A DNA stretch of 63,984 bases, filler included, from Platydemus manokwari (lineage: Eukaryota): assembly GCA_037951405.1 (NCBI GenBank). It is 5 parts of 5 records of this genome, joined end to end, with 100 filler letters (N's around TTAATTAATTAA, not from the genome) between each part and the next. Parts side by side here need not be neighbours in the genome. Positions count along the whole stretch, not along the records: positions 11,496 to 24,745 come from JBBMOY011782505.1; positions 24,846 to 37,226 come from JBBMOY010163343.1; 3 more parts are not named here. One strand, written 5' to 3'. The translations under genes and the position numbers were made by a program. The notes beneath the pieces were generated by a model. It did no database searches, was not told where the DNA came from, and worked only from the letters and a program-made list of their open reading frames with translations. Below are positions 13,088 through 27,449 of the stretch, in pieces (the stretch's first letter is position 1; each line of letters begins with the position of its first letter).

Positions 13088-16000
13088 TATCTTACCCAGC
13101 GATATCCAGCCAATAAGATTTTTTCTATGGATAGATCTTTTAGCAAACACAGATATCATAAGGGTCACCTCTTTCATTTGAAATAATGCTATCTGAAACA
13201 TGAAAGATTCCCGAAAAACTGGTGAAGTCGTATTTTTCCTAACAGATGTTTTCGTATAAGACAATTCTTGACCAGAAGATGAGAATAAAGATAATTTAAC
13301 ATAGAAATCTGACAAATATAGCAAATAATTTTTTAATGAATAACTTCCAATTCAAACAGAAACCTTTATTTTTTTCTTTAGCTAATCTAATTCCTCTAAT
13401 GATTTCCACCGTTAATCGCCCAGTGTTAGAGTTTAGTGAAAGTCCAATCATCAATTCTGGAATATCTTCATCACCTTCAATGTTGCTGGATGCCATACTT
13501 TGCATATCAAGTTGGGATATTGACAGTTTATCCATACTAATATTCTAGGTGTGCATGATTATGAATTATATTAAAAAATATTTAATATAAATTTTCAAAT
13601 CATTTCAGATTATCAATTAATAATTTATGTGAGAATTATTGAGTATTTTGAGCACTGCAATGATCAATGATTATTATCGATAGCTTATCAGAGGGTCTTC
13701 ATGAATATTTACACAACAGAGAGATATCAAGTTCTCAACTAAATTTACAAACTTCATTGGTAATGAAACATCTAATATTGTAGACGAGTAAAATAAATCT
13801 TTAAAAAATATAACCGGTTTTTTTATTCTTCGATATTATTTTAAATATCTCGAAATAATAGTTAAGACATGATTTGAAATAAAAATTTATTTAAATTTGG
13901 CAAAGATTATTGAGTGATCTAAATTTAATCTAAATTTAACGACTAATCAAAATGGTAAATTATAATAAAAGTGAAAAAAAATAAATATAAATATGAAAAC
14001 ACTTCTAACATTGTGTATCTGATGCCAACGCAATGAAAGACTCATTTTTACAATCTATTTCTATAATTAAGATAATATTTATCTTCATACTTCATCATCT
14101 TCGGGTTTATTCATAGTGAGATTGTATTCCGTATCCACAGAAAGATCAACCGAGCTCAAATCACAGGTACATTGTCCACGAACATTGAGTGTTGTATTTT
14201 CAGTAGCATATATACGAAATCGTAAAGAAAGTGTTTCAGCAATTTCTGGAATTCAAAATAAAATAACTGATTCACGAAATTAAATCAAGTATTTCTAAAG
14301 ATTTATTTCTAAATATCATAGTCAAACGAAATTATTTTTGCTCGATTGGTTTATTTCCAATAATGTGAGTTTAAAAATCAAGATATTTTCGAAAGTGGTA
14401 AATGTATTGATGATAAGAAATTATCATCCATGATGTTATTCTAAATCATCTTATTGATTTAATTAATAAATACATCGATAGTTTCTGTACTTAATTTCCA
14501 GTTTCGCTGGATCTGCTAAAAAAATAATGCAAATTATTTAAATAATGATAAAATGAGTTATAAGCTGAATACTTAAATACAAACAATGAGGCATCTTAGA
14601 TTCACTTAGAATAAGTAACGGTTATTGTCACCATCCAATTTGTAAATGCATTTTGTTATTTGTGTCATTTATATATTCTCCTTCAAACCAAATGACCAAA
14701 TTTGTTAAAGTTGATATTGGGATCTCCAGAAAGTGGTACTCACTGTTGTGGCTGGTTATAAGTGTTTGTGATTACTGTATAGAATGGTGATTATAAGCAG
14801 TAATAATGAATTAAATATAATCAACAATGACTGTTGGGTTTATGGGCTTATATTATATGATAGTTTTGATTGGTCATTAAAAATGAAGAGATTACACAAT
14901 TTATTTATAAAAATAATTTGTTAAATTAATTTATAATTCTTATAATTAGATGAATATTAACTAGACCTGAATTAGGACTTCATTGATTTTTCTATTTCAA
15001 TAAATGGTTGTAAATGGTCAATATGCATGGTTCATATGTTTATAGAATACTAGTTAATGCATAGAGCTAATTTATTTATAGGTTTTCATTAATGACCTTC
15101 AGTATCAGATAGAATTACTAACGGGAAATAACAATACCTAGTGTCGCACCTGATGGTGTTATTTGAGCAAAATTTTCTTCGCCAATTATGGGAACAACCT
15201 GCTTTTATATATTTCCACTTTTTTATTAATTCTGTAATTCTTAAATTGCCTTAACTTAATTTGGATTGAACATTCTCAATATAGCATCTCCCATATCTTG
15301 TGTTGAATCGATGACACCATGTTCCTTATTCTGTGTGAAATTGATTTTGATTGGTTGGTTGGTTCTTTTCTAAATATAAGTTATCGAATTCTGAGGATTT
15401 TTTTTCATTTGTGGAATAGGGGACGAGAGTTTAATAATAACTATTTAAATACTAAAATTTACGAGTACTATTCAGCACTGTCAACAATACAAATAAATAC
15501 CACATTTTCGTGTTCTATTGGAATATTTTACGTTCATTGCGACATCTATAGTCGATAGTTTACTATTACTCAACTTTTATTTTCAAGATTCAATGGAGTA
15601 GTCCACTAGATCAATTTCTATCGAATCCACGAGTTAACTAGTTACTGTTAAAAGATTGAAATGTATTTGAAATTTGTTTCCTGTATTTCACAAGCGTTAA
15701 TAGATTTCCAATAATGAATCCTTATGATAATTCTTAAGTGGGTTTAATTGTCTTCCAAAGGTTTCATTTCTATTCTCGCTCTATGAACCATGATGAGTCG
15801 CCTTTCCAGCTCTTGGTATTTGAAAATATATTAAACAAATCTATTTTGTTGTAGCTAGCATATTTTAGGAGTTAAACGCCCAGTTGAATAATTAAATCTA
15901 GATAAATATTTCCCCAACTTTGCAAGGCAGAATTTATTTGAAAATTACTGAATTTCGATATCTTTCTGTTATTATTTCCTGTTATTGGCTATAAACATCT

Positions 16001-19000
16001 TTGCTGACTGTTTAGTATGCGTATGTACAGGCCTTGAAGTATTCATCTAGGGCAGTTATTCCCAAACTTTTGGAGCGTAGCGCTCCCTTTTCAGAATAAA
16101 TATTACTTAGCGCTCACAAACTAACCCACACCAAATTTTGTTTAGCTTTTAGTAGTAATTTATTAAAAAAATCTTAATGTTACTATCTTTTTCATTAAAT
16201 ATATTAAAAAGATTAGGTAGAAACAATGCATTTTGAAAGTAAGAAAATATTTATTGCACTTAGAATAGATTTTAATACAAAAACTCAAAATTATGTTAAT
16301 GAGAAGGATAGAACTGGTGTGCTGCTACCAATTTTATAACATCGGACTCTATTTTCGTCAGAAGTAACCTTAAATCACCCCGATTGACCATATTTCTGTT
16401 TTTGGTTAACAAATTGGCTACCGCACAGTAATCACGCTCTACCAGGTATGATTATGGAAATGCAACGAGGAATTTTTGAAATACAGCCCATACCTCAGGG
16501 TAAGATGTAGAGATTTCCTTTTGTAACTAGAATTTTTGGCAACTGCTTTTGAATTTAAATTTCAGCTCATCATTGGTACTTGCTTCGATCAATTCACCTC
16601 ATCACCCTAAAGATGAAGATTGGTTTCATTAAATTTTTGGAATAAGTCTGTCAAGTAAACGAAGTCACTTTTGAATTGAATTAAATTGGATAGTAATATA
16701 TCATCTTTATCTTCCAAGAACTGCAGAACCTAGTTAAACAGTTTGTAAAACCTATCTAAAAAGACTTCCTTTGACAACCATCGAACTTCTGTATAAAGCA
16801 TCAAACGATTAAACTCTTCATCATTTTCAATACAAAGCTGTTTAAATAATCTGTCATTCAATGATTTACTCCGAATTGAGTTGACAGCTTTAATTACATA
16901 TTGTAATGAATTATGTAGGCGAGCACTTAAATTTTTGGCAACTAGGTGCTGACGATGGATGACACAGTGGATTGTGAATACATTCTATACCTCCTTTTTC
17001 AAATATGCAAGAAAGTTTTTGTAACGTCCAATCATCGCTGGAGCACCATCCGTGACCACTGATAAAATATTACTCAGAGGTATTTCTTTTGCTTTAAAAT
17101 ATTCGTCCATTGTATGGAATATTGAATTTCCTATGGTATCGGTTCGCAAATATTTTGCAAATAAGAATTCTTGACAAAACTTTTGTTCCTTTATGAATCG
17201 CACGTATGCTAAAAACAAAGCTTCATTACCTGGCAAAGTTGACTCATCTAGTTGAATAGAAAATCGAGATGTTTTTAAATATCAACATTTTTCGCTATTT
17301 CATCAATTCTTCTTTGTACTGTGTTATTACTCAAAGGAATTTTCTTGATAATATCAAATACTGGCTTATGCATAACAGTACGTATTACTTCACTTATGGC
17401 TAGTATTATTAGTTCTTCGCCAATGGTATGTGGTTTTCCCGATTTCGCAATCATTAATGAAATGTAACTAGCAAGCAAGCTATCACCATCTTCATTATTA
17501 ACATTTGAATAGAGTTTTGCCAATGTCGATTGTTTAATAAATTTTTCTTTTAGTGTTTGGAAAAAAAATCTTTATTCCTTTTTAATCACCATGGATTTTA
17601 TTCAAATGTTCTTGTAATCTCGAAGACTTCGTCGATTCGTTTGATAAAACCTTTTGACAAATAAGACACATTAGTTATGTAATATTTACAAGTGATACGA
17701 TAAATCCGTATTTCAAAAATCCATATTATATTGTTGACACTTTTTCTTTGCTTGAGCCATTATTATCTATGGAGAAATAAAATTTATATAGAGGTATTTC
17801 CAGACATTTTTATAAAAAGAAAACTAAAATCCTGATGTAATCAATAAACATCATATTATTAATTGTAAAGGGCTTATTATTGTTATAAAATATTTAATAC
17901 TTACCCATTTAAATTACACTGTTTGTTACTTAATTTTAACTTCTCGTGATATCACAACAAACTAAACTTCTTTTAGTTTTATTTCATTTAATCATTACGG
18001 GGAATTCTAGAAATACTACCGCTCTTCTACCAGACCTTGGCGCACAAGCAGTAGCATTGAGAGCGCGATTACACATACTTCAATACAAATTAGTGAGAAC
18101 GTACAGTACGTTGTTTAAAGACAAATTAGGCGTTTTGAGCAAAGGAGATGCATCAAAATTTTTCCTTTAGATAGCTTTAATTTTTTTTAATTTCGATCAT
18201 TATGTCTTCGTTACTTATTCTTTTGTTTTTAATTTATTTTAGTCCAAGATTTAAGAAAGTTCTACGAAAGTAACTTGATTTTATGGGTTTTATTCCAATA
18301 ATATCTTTACAAAAATATTTGAAAATTCTATCCGGATATCATTTCCGAAATCAATATTTTGAAAGATTAATTATTGTGTCAAATTTAGACAATATTTTCC
18401 CCCATGAACCAGATCATAATTTATATATTAATAATATTAATAATAATTTATATATTGAATTAAAAATTACATAATAAAAAGAAGTTATTTAAATTAAATT
18501 GAATAAACGGTGGAACACTATTTTTAATTGGTTTAATATTATTCACCCTGACCAATAAATGGAATTCTCTCACCTGCAGTAACTTTGGGAACATAAAACG
18601 TTTCATTGAATGATGGATCCTCTCCTTGCTTGGTTTTAGTCTTGAATTTATATTTCTTAGCTGGCAAAACTGTACAATGCATTTGATATGCAGATACTGG
18701 GGCTGAGAGGTTAGTTAAACCGAATTTACCCTTTTCCGGCTTGAATTTCATTTTCTTTAAATCAAAAACTTGTAAGATCTGGATTTTTAACTTGGAGCTC
18801 AATGGATCGAGAAACAAGTTTATTCTAACAATTGCAACCTTGTTATGCTTTTTGGCCATATGATCAATTATTCCTGGCTCCTTAGCAATCTATTCGGTAA
18901 ATGAATATGAGGAAAAATAATGTAAGCGATTCGAATTTTCCAGTGAAGATCATTGAATGTTTTGATATTAGTTCAGAAATACAGGTTTGAATAAAAGTGG

Positions 19001-22000
19001 AATTTTATGGGGGATGTCTTGCAAATTTACGTAAACTTGAAAAATTAATTTAATAATGTTTGAGCAAATATTTTTGCGTTAATATAGTAACTCTCTGTTT
19101 TGTGAATATGTAAATCACTCGATGTTGTTTAAATTTACGGAATATTGTAAATAAGCCCAAAATATGGTGCATCTTAGTGATACACTTCAGAATATTTGCA
19201 TTTGAAATTTTTTTTTCTTATTTTAAAGAATTGTCTGCAAGAAAATTTTCAAATTAGAAAAGACGTCAAAGACGCGTGTAAAAGCATGATACGACCTAAC
19301 AGTTTCGATTTGCTAAAATGAGATAGATTTACTGTATTTACTGGTGATTCATATATAGAAGAGTTCCATTCCATTCATAGAGCACGATCAGACATTCTAA
19401 CAACACAAACAAATACATGAGAGGATTATAGTACAAGCAATGCCTTTATAAGGTCGAATCACAGACCTATGTATTTACAAACTCTTTCATACCAGATATA
19501 GGCACAGCCGAACAATACAATAACTGTTAAGAAGCAAACTGAATTGTTTATTTAGAAAAAGAATGTCGATATATAAAATCAAAAATGAAAGTGGAAAATG
19601 AAAAAGACTAGCCCTATTGGTGGATATTATGTGTCCGATAGGTGAACCAAGGTTTCATGAAAATACAATAAAAAATTGGAAAAAGTATTAGGAACTTAAA
19701 AAGAATACTAAAATAGCTAGACCTGACTATGCAGTCGAATTTCATTCAATTCATCGTAGGAATATCTGGAACATTGATACCACCAAATGATACCGAAGCA
19801 AGCTATGGTTCAATACAAAAAAAAAACGAGATAGCCATGCAAACTGTAAAGGTAATCAAAAGGTCAAGCTACAAATAATGGAAGAACTGCCATTGACATG
19901 CAAATTTCAAATGAAAATTAGGCGATGACAAAGAAAATGCAATCATGAATTTAAATGAGGACAAAAAGAAATCTCCAAAGATTAAGAAGTTTTGGCAAGG
20001 GTGTACTAAAGGTATGAAAACAAGAAAATGATCTTCAAAGAAAGAAAATTAAGAATAAAACCCATCGATACCAGTGATCTGTGCTATAGGCTCTCCTGGG
20101 TTCAGATATTACGACTCAATCTCGTTTGATATTTTCTATTAATACCAAAAATTTTCGTGATGCCTAGAATTTAATAGAGATTTTTAAACTTTTTTTTTAT
20201 TTAAAAAAAATTCAATTATTTAATTCACAAAGCAACGTTGGGCGCAAAACAATAATAATAAATTAATTATAAATAAAACTGCAGCAAGTTCTTATGGAAT
20301 ATAATTAAACTGCTTTCTGAAAATATATAATAAATTTATAATCTGAACTAGATTGAAGATAAAAAATTAAAAATACCCAAATAAAAATATTTTAACAATA
20401 TATTATGAAATTATTGACAATCTTGTTAAAATGAAATCTTAATAGTGATAGTGTAAAAATTATGATTATGAGACGACCAGAGAACTGGTAGAAGACTTAA
20501 TATTGATGAAGCATGCTTACCGAATTACCAGAATTAAATTTAATGTAAGATATTACTTCTTTAGAATCTTCAATAGGATGGCCTCCAATTTCCAATGTCT
20601 CTGAAAAAGTTTTTAAAAAAATTTAAAATCGATACATCAAATTTTAAAGCAATTATAAATAATAATAATAAATAATAAATTTTAACACAGAATATTATTA
20701 AGTGAGGACAAGTGTTGTAATTCGACTATCTCGATATATTTGCTTAGTTTATTATAAGGTTTTAAGTTGCTTTCGACAATGGGACGAAAATCCAAGGCCT
20801 GATTGGCATGATGAATTACATAGTCGGATCATGAAGCATGGAATCAAAGGATCATATCTTGAAAAATTAGGTTTGGACAAAAATATGTAAATAAAATTGA
20901 AGGTATTACTTAAAATATTCAAAGAAGCTATATGCAATATGAATTTCATCTTGGCAAAGTTAATAAGATATGTGAGCGATTTTAACCTAGAACTGAATAG
21001 AGACAAAGATGTCAGTTCCAGTGGATCCAACACTGACAATGTGGAAATGATGGAGGCTCTAAGCTCAAGACTAGAGTCATCAAGTAAGTAATGATAAGTA
21101 AAGTGGAACTGAGAATATAATCATGGTACTACTGGCTGAACATGGACCACTACGACTGAAGGCGTTGCAAATTAAAATCTAAAGAATTTTGAATATCAAT
21201 TAAGATGTCTGTAATCGCTGAGACGATATGTGAATAACCTTCAGTATTCTAACAAGTTAAAATATTGAAATCTTAACACGCCAAAATATTCAAAAATTCA
21301 ATGTTTATGAAATAGAAGGTCATTTTTAATCGGGCACCATCAACGGTAGATTGTAACGAAATTCAAATTTCAAATGAGAAGCTTTAAATCAAAAAAAGTT
21401 TGCCATTCAACAGTTACTCTTTATTTATTTTTATTCACTGATACTTGTGATTTTTGTCAAATCAAATACCAAAACAGAATAAGAAATAAAACACAAAAAT
21501 ATATATCGCATAACATAAGTATTGTTTTAATAATCAATAAAATTATGGCTAATTTAAAAGAAAAACCATATTAGAAAAATAGATTTTTCCACCCCTCCCG
21601 AGGAATTGCGATGAGAGCATTTTTGGAACTATAAATAATGAAATGAACCAATTATGGAGCCTTTAAGATTGTCAATAACGTCTTTTTTGCGAAATATTAA
21701 ATGAGAATTTTCTTTCTTGAGTCGTTTTGGAAATCAAAAAAATGCCAAATATTTCAGAAATAAATTAAAATTATAAAAACAGGATTAATTTTTGAAAAAT
21801 TATTATGTTGTTATATTATATTGTTATAGTCACCAATCATATTGACAAAATAATATCTCAGTAAATTCTTGAAGTTCAAATAAAGGAACAGATCAATATC
21901 AATTTAGATTTTGTTGACATAAATTTCCCCAGGTTAATTTAATTCGCCAATTACTACAAACAAGGTTTACAAATCTCTTACAAAAAAATCTCGAATTATC

Positions 22001-24552
22001 TTTATAAACTGCACAATTCATTATTCATTTACATATAGATTCTGCAATTAAAGGAGAAATGCATGGGGTGGGCTGATTTCAGTATCAAGACAACTAGGTT
22101 TGTAACTTGGTATCTTTCTATTTGGTTGATAATTTCCATTTTATTCCCAAGTATTTTCGTTATAATGAACTGAAAATTGTTCCATGAGTAACAACTAGAT
22201 TATTGGTCTATTTGTTTTAATTAACAAAATTCGTAAAAATTCACTCAAGCATTTTAGTGCTATCAGAATAGATTAGCCGTTAATACTTTCAATTATAGAT
22301 TTTATTTGAAAATATAAATATTTCTGTACGTATTATGAAAAAAATGTTTAATCGATCAGGATAATTGATTGTTTATTTATAGTTTATATTGAATCTGATT
22401 GGGGAAAATAATCAAATATTTTTGATAATTATTATTACGATTTATAATGAATTAAAATATGAAAAATTTTAAAATCAAATTTTTATAAAATATTAATAAA
22501 TAAATATATATAAAATTAATATATATAAAATACTAAATAATAATAATTAAAATATAATTTGTCGATGTGAATTGGCAGTTTCTTTTAAATGTGTGCCTTA
22601 TAAAATAGTATCGGCTTACTCAGAGACTACGCATTTGGATTCAATTCTGAGAATATCTATGGCATGGAGTTATTGGAAAGAAGGAGGAAGCCATAGAAAA
22701 GATGTAGTGATGCTGTATAGAAGCTCAAAAAAACAAAAAGTGAAGATATAAAAAAGACATAGATAAAACATATAAAGTCGAGAAGAAATATAAATTGTTA
22801 TGTAGATAAATATCTAGTGAATTTGATAGAGATAATCAAGAATTCAAAGAAAATCAAAGATTTAAAACAAAGGAAGATGTTAGGATTTTTAATGAATTGA
22901 AATTTTAAAAAAAATTGAAATCAGATTTTTATTAAATATTAATTTGTTTAAATAATTGTGGTTAAAATATCATTTGGTGACAAGACTTGGCAGTTTGTTT
23001 TAAATGCTTTATAAAATAGTAGCGGCTTATAATTTATAAAATCATTATCAAAAGTCTTTATTTCCATATTGTTAGTAAATTATATAATAAATCTGATCTA
23101 ATTTCGCATGGATACTGCGGTATTATCTTTGTTCGGTGCATTTATAACCAAGCTATTGCATAGTAAAGCTTTCGTGTTATTGTTGATTTAAAGTAATAGC
23201 TTGTTTAATGCCTTACCCATATATTTGTACCCAAAGTGGGTTATGAAAATATAGTGAATGCTTGAATCATATTTTATGATTTTCTTTATGTGGGTTGTTT
23301 GTTTTAATGTTGTCCTTATTTCAGTACAATAAATAATCATTATTTTAACCATGGGTTTCAAATATTTGGCTATATGGAATGAAAATCCAAATAATAGGAA
23401 TGTATGAGGTCAAGAGGTAACGAAACTGAATGAGGTTATCGATTGGTGGATTAGAGGACCTACAAGCAGAATAAACTACGAAAGTGATGGACTACTTATA
23501 AGGATTATCAATGTCTCGATTGGAATACACGCATACTTTTAAGGAAAGAATTAGATGAGATGTAATGTCCTTCTGATGAAATGATCTTTTTGTTTATAAA
23601 TTAATACATTTGAATACGAAAAATTATTTTATACTCTTAAATTTAACTGGTCACAGACAAAGGTGATGTCAACGCTATAATTTTCCTAGGACAATCAAAT
23701 AAAAGACTCTCGGCAACTGCTATTATAGAAATGAGATGTTTTCCTTAGAAATTTTGCTCCTTGAGCTTCGCTTAATAGATAATAGAAATGTAATTTATCT
23801 TTATAATATTAATCGATGTCAATTAAAATGTACATTAAAATAATAAAAGTAAACCTTTATTTTCATCATCTGCCGGCACTGGACCATGAGAAACATCTTT
23901 ATCCTTATTTGATTTCATGCTTTCACGGAATGAAGATTTTCCTTTGCTTGACCTCATACTAAAACGAACTTTATCAGCTGCAGCAGTCTTTTCGATTTGT
24001 GTGTAATTCGAGTATATATCATCATCGCTATCGTCACTGTCTGAATCTGAAAAGTAAGATTAAATAGATTTGAAAATTTTTTTATCCATCTTTTTATCAA
24101 TCAAGCATCATTGGAATTTTAACTGAGGAAATTTATACAAATTACCGTGAATTCAAAATGTTCTAGTGGTGGGGACTTATGAAAAGGTATTCAAGAGATT
24201 CCAATTATTTGAAGTAAAAACCCTTTCATTTTATTATATAAAGTTTTTTCATCCACTTATAAGATGATAAATAAAATTGAACTAAATTTAATATTGTATT
24301 TAAATTTTTTCTTTAAATTCCATTTTTAAATATTAAAGTTTAGTTTTGTGCGAATAAACACAGCACAGATTTATATATTTAATATTTTATTTAGGAAAAT
24401 TCTTGCATTTAAATAGAAAATTTTGAATTACAAATTCATTTATTTTTATATTTAATTAAACTATTCGTTATAGATTTTCAGATTCTCAATTTTTAAGTAA
24501 CAAATAAACCTTTGTTATATATTGAGATTTTATCGAGTAAATTAGCTGTCAT
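12630..24552 (-). CDS. SYT14: Synaptotagmin-14/16-like tandem C2-domain protein, 8 coding exons, 434 aa
   Basis: Hand-spliced GT-AG exons with consistent phases: 24552-24510, 24046-23855, 20600-20521, 18889-18574, 14245-14091, 13544-13364, 13308-13096, 12754-12630 (1305 nt, TAA at 12632-12630). C2A reads ...HCTVLPAKKYKFKTKTKQGEDPSFNETF...LRFRIYA. C2B reads PELMIGLSLNSNTGRLTVEIIRG...FYVKLSLFSSSGQELS.TKTSVRK...SPVFRESFMFQIALFQMKEVTLMISVF...IGWISLG.KSSGEEE.SHW, which is the SYT14/SYT16 signature. The first three exons are less certain. Confidence 0.9.
13010..13087. repeat. Perfect (ATT)n microsatellite, ~26 units, in the last SYT intron
   Basis: Directly visible; produces the spurious poly-I and poly-N ORFs in the ORF track. 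Confidence 0.97.
16053..17760 (-). mobile_element. hAT/Buster (Charlie; ZBED5/SCAND3-like) DNA transposon relic with decayed transposase
   Basis: Frameshifted transposase at 17760-16296: MAQAKKKCQQY...KYGF; IAKSGKPHTIGEELI; IPLSNNTVQRRIDE; SIQLDESTLPGNEAL; TDGAPAM; IHCVIHRQHLVAK; EVRWLS; ends PSH*. One TIR CAGTTATTCCCAAACTT at 16053 is preceded by the NNNTANNN-type site ATCTAGGG. The other TIR was not found. Lies in a SYT intron. Confidence 0.92.
20760..21200 (+). mobile_element. Decayed LINE fragment
   Basis: DENPRPDWHDELHSRIMKH resembles the K.PGPDGLHPR.LK motif that precedes CR1-type RT domains. Confidence 0.3.
22433..23031 (+). mobile_element. TRIM-like miniature LTR retroelement, copy 2 (both LTRs present)
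   Basis: Direct repeats at 22433-22620 and 22878-23031 (the latter TGTTAGG...AATAGTAGCGGCTTATA); degenerate PBS GACTACGCATTTGG; PPT AAAGGAAGA right before TG at 22878. Lies in a SYT intron. Confidence 0.75.
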
Positions 24553-24745
24553 TTTTAATCATATATATTCAACATATTTTTTGGAAACTTTCTTTGAATC
24601 AATATTAATAAGATCTTCAGTGTTGTTGAAATTAAATCAATAAATTTTTAGCTAGAAGAGACACAAAGTTTTCCGAGGTAATAAAGCATGAGTAACACGT
24701 GTGGTAATCCATTGTAATTCACTAATAATGATTATTAAATATCAT

Positions 24746-24845
24746 NNNNNNNNNNNNNNNNNNNNNNNNNNNNNNNNNNNNNNNNNNNNTTAATTAATTA
24801 ANNNNNNNNNNNNNNNNNNNNNNNNNNNNNNNNNNNNNNNNNNNN
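24746..24845. other. Artificial scaffolding spacer
   Basis: N44-TTAATTAATTAA-N44. Confidence 0.97.
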
Positions 24846-27449
24846 ATAAATTGTTAATACAGTAATTCTTAAGTTAAGTATTTGTACGAACATTCGTAGA
24901 ATTTGACGCTTAACGGCTGTTGCAGAGAGACAAGCTGTAATGGGCAATTTTTCTTGTCAAATAATGTGAGCTTTAAAATATCTTGCACTAATTGTTATGT
25001 TTTTGCGCATGTATGTCAATTTCATATATAATGTCTCATGGTCTTTGCCTAGTTGTATTTCTAGTTCTATACCAATTGATCTAAAAAGTTACCGAATACC
25101 AATTGAATATAAAATATAAATTGTTTAAAATTTTATATTATAACTTAAAGATTTATTGATATACGACAATAAAAATTATATTTTAAAACATTTTTTATAT
25201 TATTTTGTAATTTAAAGTCGCAGATATAATCCATGTGTAATATAATACATTATTGGGTTTAATTTACATATTGATAAATATAAAACTATATTTTCTCTTT
25301 CTATTGTGCTTTCCTTTTAATATTAATAAAGGTTAGGCAATATGATTACATCATTGAACTCTCTGTCGATGGCATTTATTGAAGAAATATGTGGTTGCAT
25401 ATTTGCACACATGAGTAATTTTACAATCTAAGTTTCTTGAGTCTTTTTTTATTTGACCAATGAATTTACCAACTAATGCTGCCTGTTTGCAAATTGATCT
25501 ATCGATAAATTCCTTTTTTTCAGTTAATTAATTTTCGATATATAGATAAACCCCGCATTTAAAAATTAGTAAATCAAACAAACACCGAGGATTATCCAAA
25601 GAAATATAGTAATTCGTCATTTATACATTAAACGTTATTTTATTAAATTATCTGATTCTTAAATTTCAAATTTAACATATTTATAAGTCTAACTGGAATT
25701 TCTTCCGAATTCTCTGAAAGTTTTTTAAATAATCTCGTGGCACACTAATAATAAGAATTACACTATTGTAGATGCATAAATGAATAAATTATTAACGAAA
25801 TTTTCTTCATTTGATTCTTTACGAAATTGCCTTCTAAACCTTGTCTTGATTACAATTTGTCTATTTTTCCTTCTAAAATTAAATTTTAATTATCATAATT
25901 GCTTAGCATTTCCATATTATTTTTATATTACTTTTGGATAATTGGTGGAATTATTTTTTTCATGACTATTTCTTATAATTGAATTTTTAAATAGTTGCTG
26001 AATTTTTTTTTGAAATATGTATTCAACAAATTTCGAGCATTTATGGGTAGAGGTTATTTATTGTGAACGTATGTGGATATAGTATTAGCGGTAATGATTT
26101 GTTTAGGGACTTCTGACTTATTGCGAAAGCCAATATAGGCCAATAAAAACGTATTAACCATATGCAATTCTAAATGATTTCGTCTTGTTGAGCACCGGAA
26201 TTGAAGACAGTGAATCGCCGGTTACTAATGAATTGAACATAGATCTGTATTATTAGCAAATATCAAATGATAAGACAAAAGAAATAATATTTGACATATT
26301 TATTGATTAAAACAAAGAAACACTAATAATATCAAGTATCTAAAGAACAGAATCTGTCGAATAATGTTGGTACCCTTTAATATAAAAGATACATGAAGGA
26401 GGAATAATGTCACCATTAGTTTTTCTTTAAATAGTAATATTATGTTATTTACTATTATTAAATATTAAATTAAATATAGTGGTAGAGAAATGATAATATC
26501 AACTACCTGTCTAACTGGCTCATGATTATAGTTAAAATAAAGTTTGGGAGTTTGGGAAGATATGAGCATCTTGATTAAATTCAATTCCATTAGATTAAGA
26601 GTGATAAATTTAATCTTGCTCTTGTATAAAAAAATCTCAATCAAATAATTTACTGCACCATAGAAAAATAAAAATTTAGAAGGCAGGCATATTAAAGTAC
26701 GAATTATTGAGATAAGATTCAGATAGCAAACTTCCATTGTATTGATGTATATTTTAAGATAATAAATTTTTTAGATATTTCCTTATTCACCCTTTAACAA
26801 AAATTATTTTGATTTTTACTTTTATTAGAGATTCAAGTTTAATTATCTTTCGGAGGTTTAGGTGTAATTTCCTCTATATTTAATTTTTCAATTTAGAGAC
26901 TTATTTTTAACAGGGATTTTCTGATTTTTCTATCTGCTTTCATACTATTTTCTTATGCAGATTATAAATAATCAATCCTTCTCTTTATTGTTTTATAAAA
27001 TCATTTTTATCTTTTCAGGTAATTTTATTTATTTTAATTTGATTATTCATCATAAATCCGCCATCATTATTAATATATTTAATTTTTAAATTTCGCTCAC
27101 TTTATGAATATCTTTTATTCCGTATTATGAATAATTTTGCATAATGAATATTCTCGTTACATATTTTATTTATTATTTCAATTATACATTTTATTATATT
27201 GGTAATACAATTTATTCTAGCAAATAAAATAATATAACAAATAATAATAATTCAATTTTACAGTAATATTTTCAATAAATAGTTCAAAACATTACAATAA
27301 TATTTAGTAATAATATAAAAGAAAAATCAAATAAAAGAAAATATCAAAGTTCTTCAAAGATCAGACTGAATCATCAAATCAGTCGTAATTATCACAATAA
27401 ATAAATTGCAAGGTCAGCAATCATTATCGATCAACTTTCCAATTTTGAT

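Noticed and set aside
12974-13186. Poly-Ile ORF (+) and poly-Asn tail of ORF 12992-13324 (-)
   Set aside because: Translation of an intronic (ATT)n microsatellite; the real exon ends at the GT donor at 13095.
23150-23560. Penelope RT remnant (FHIAKYLKPM on the minus strand)
   Set aside because: Only one short motif; too decayed to call.
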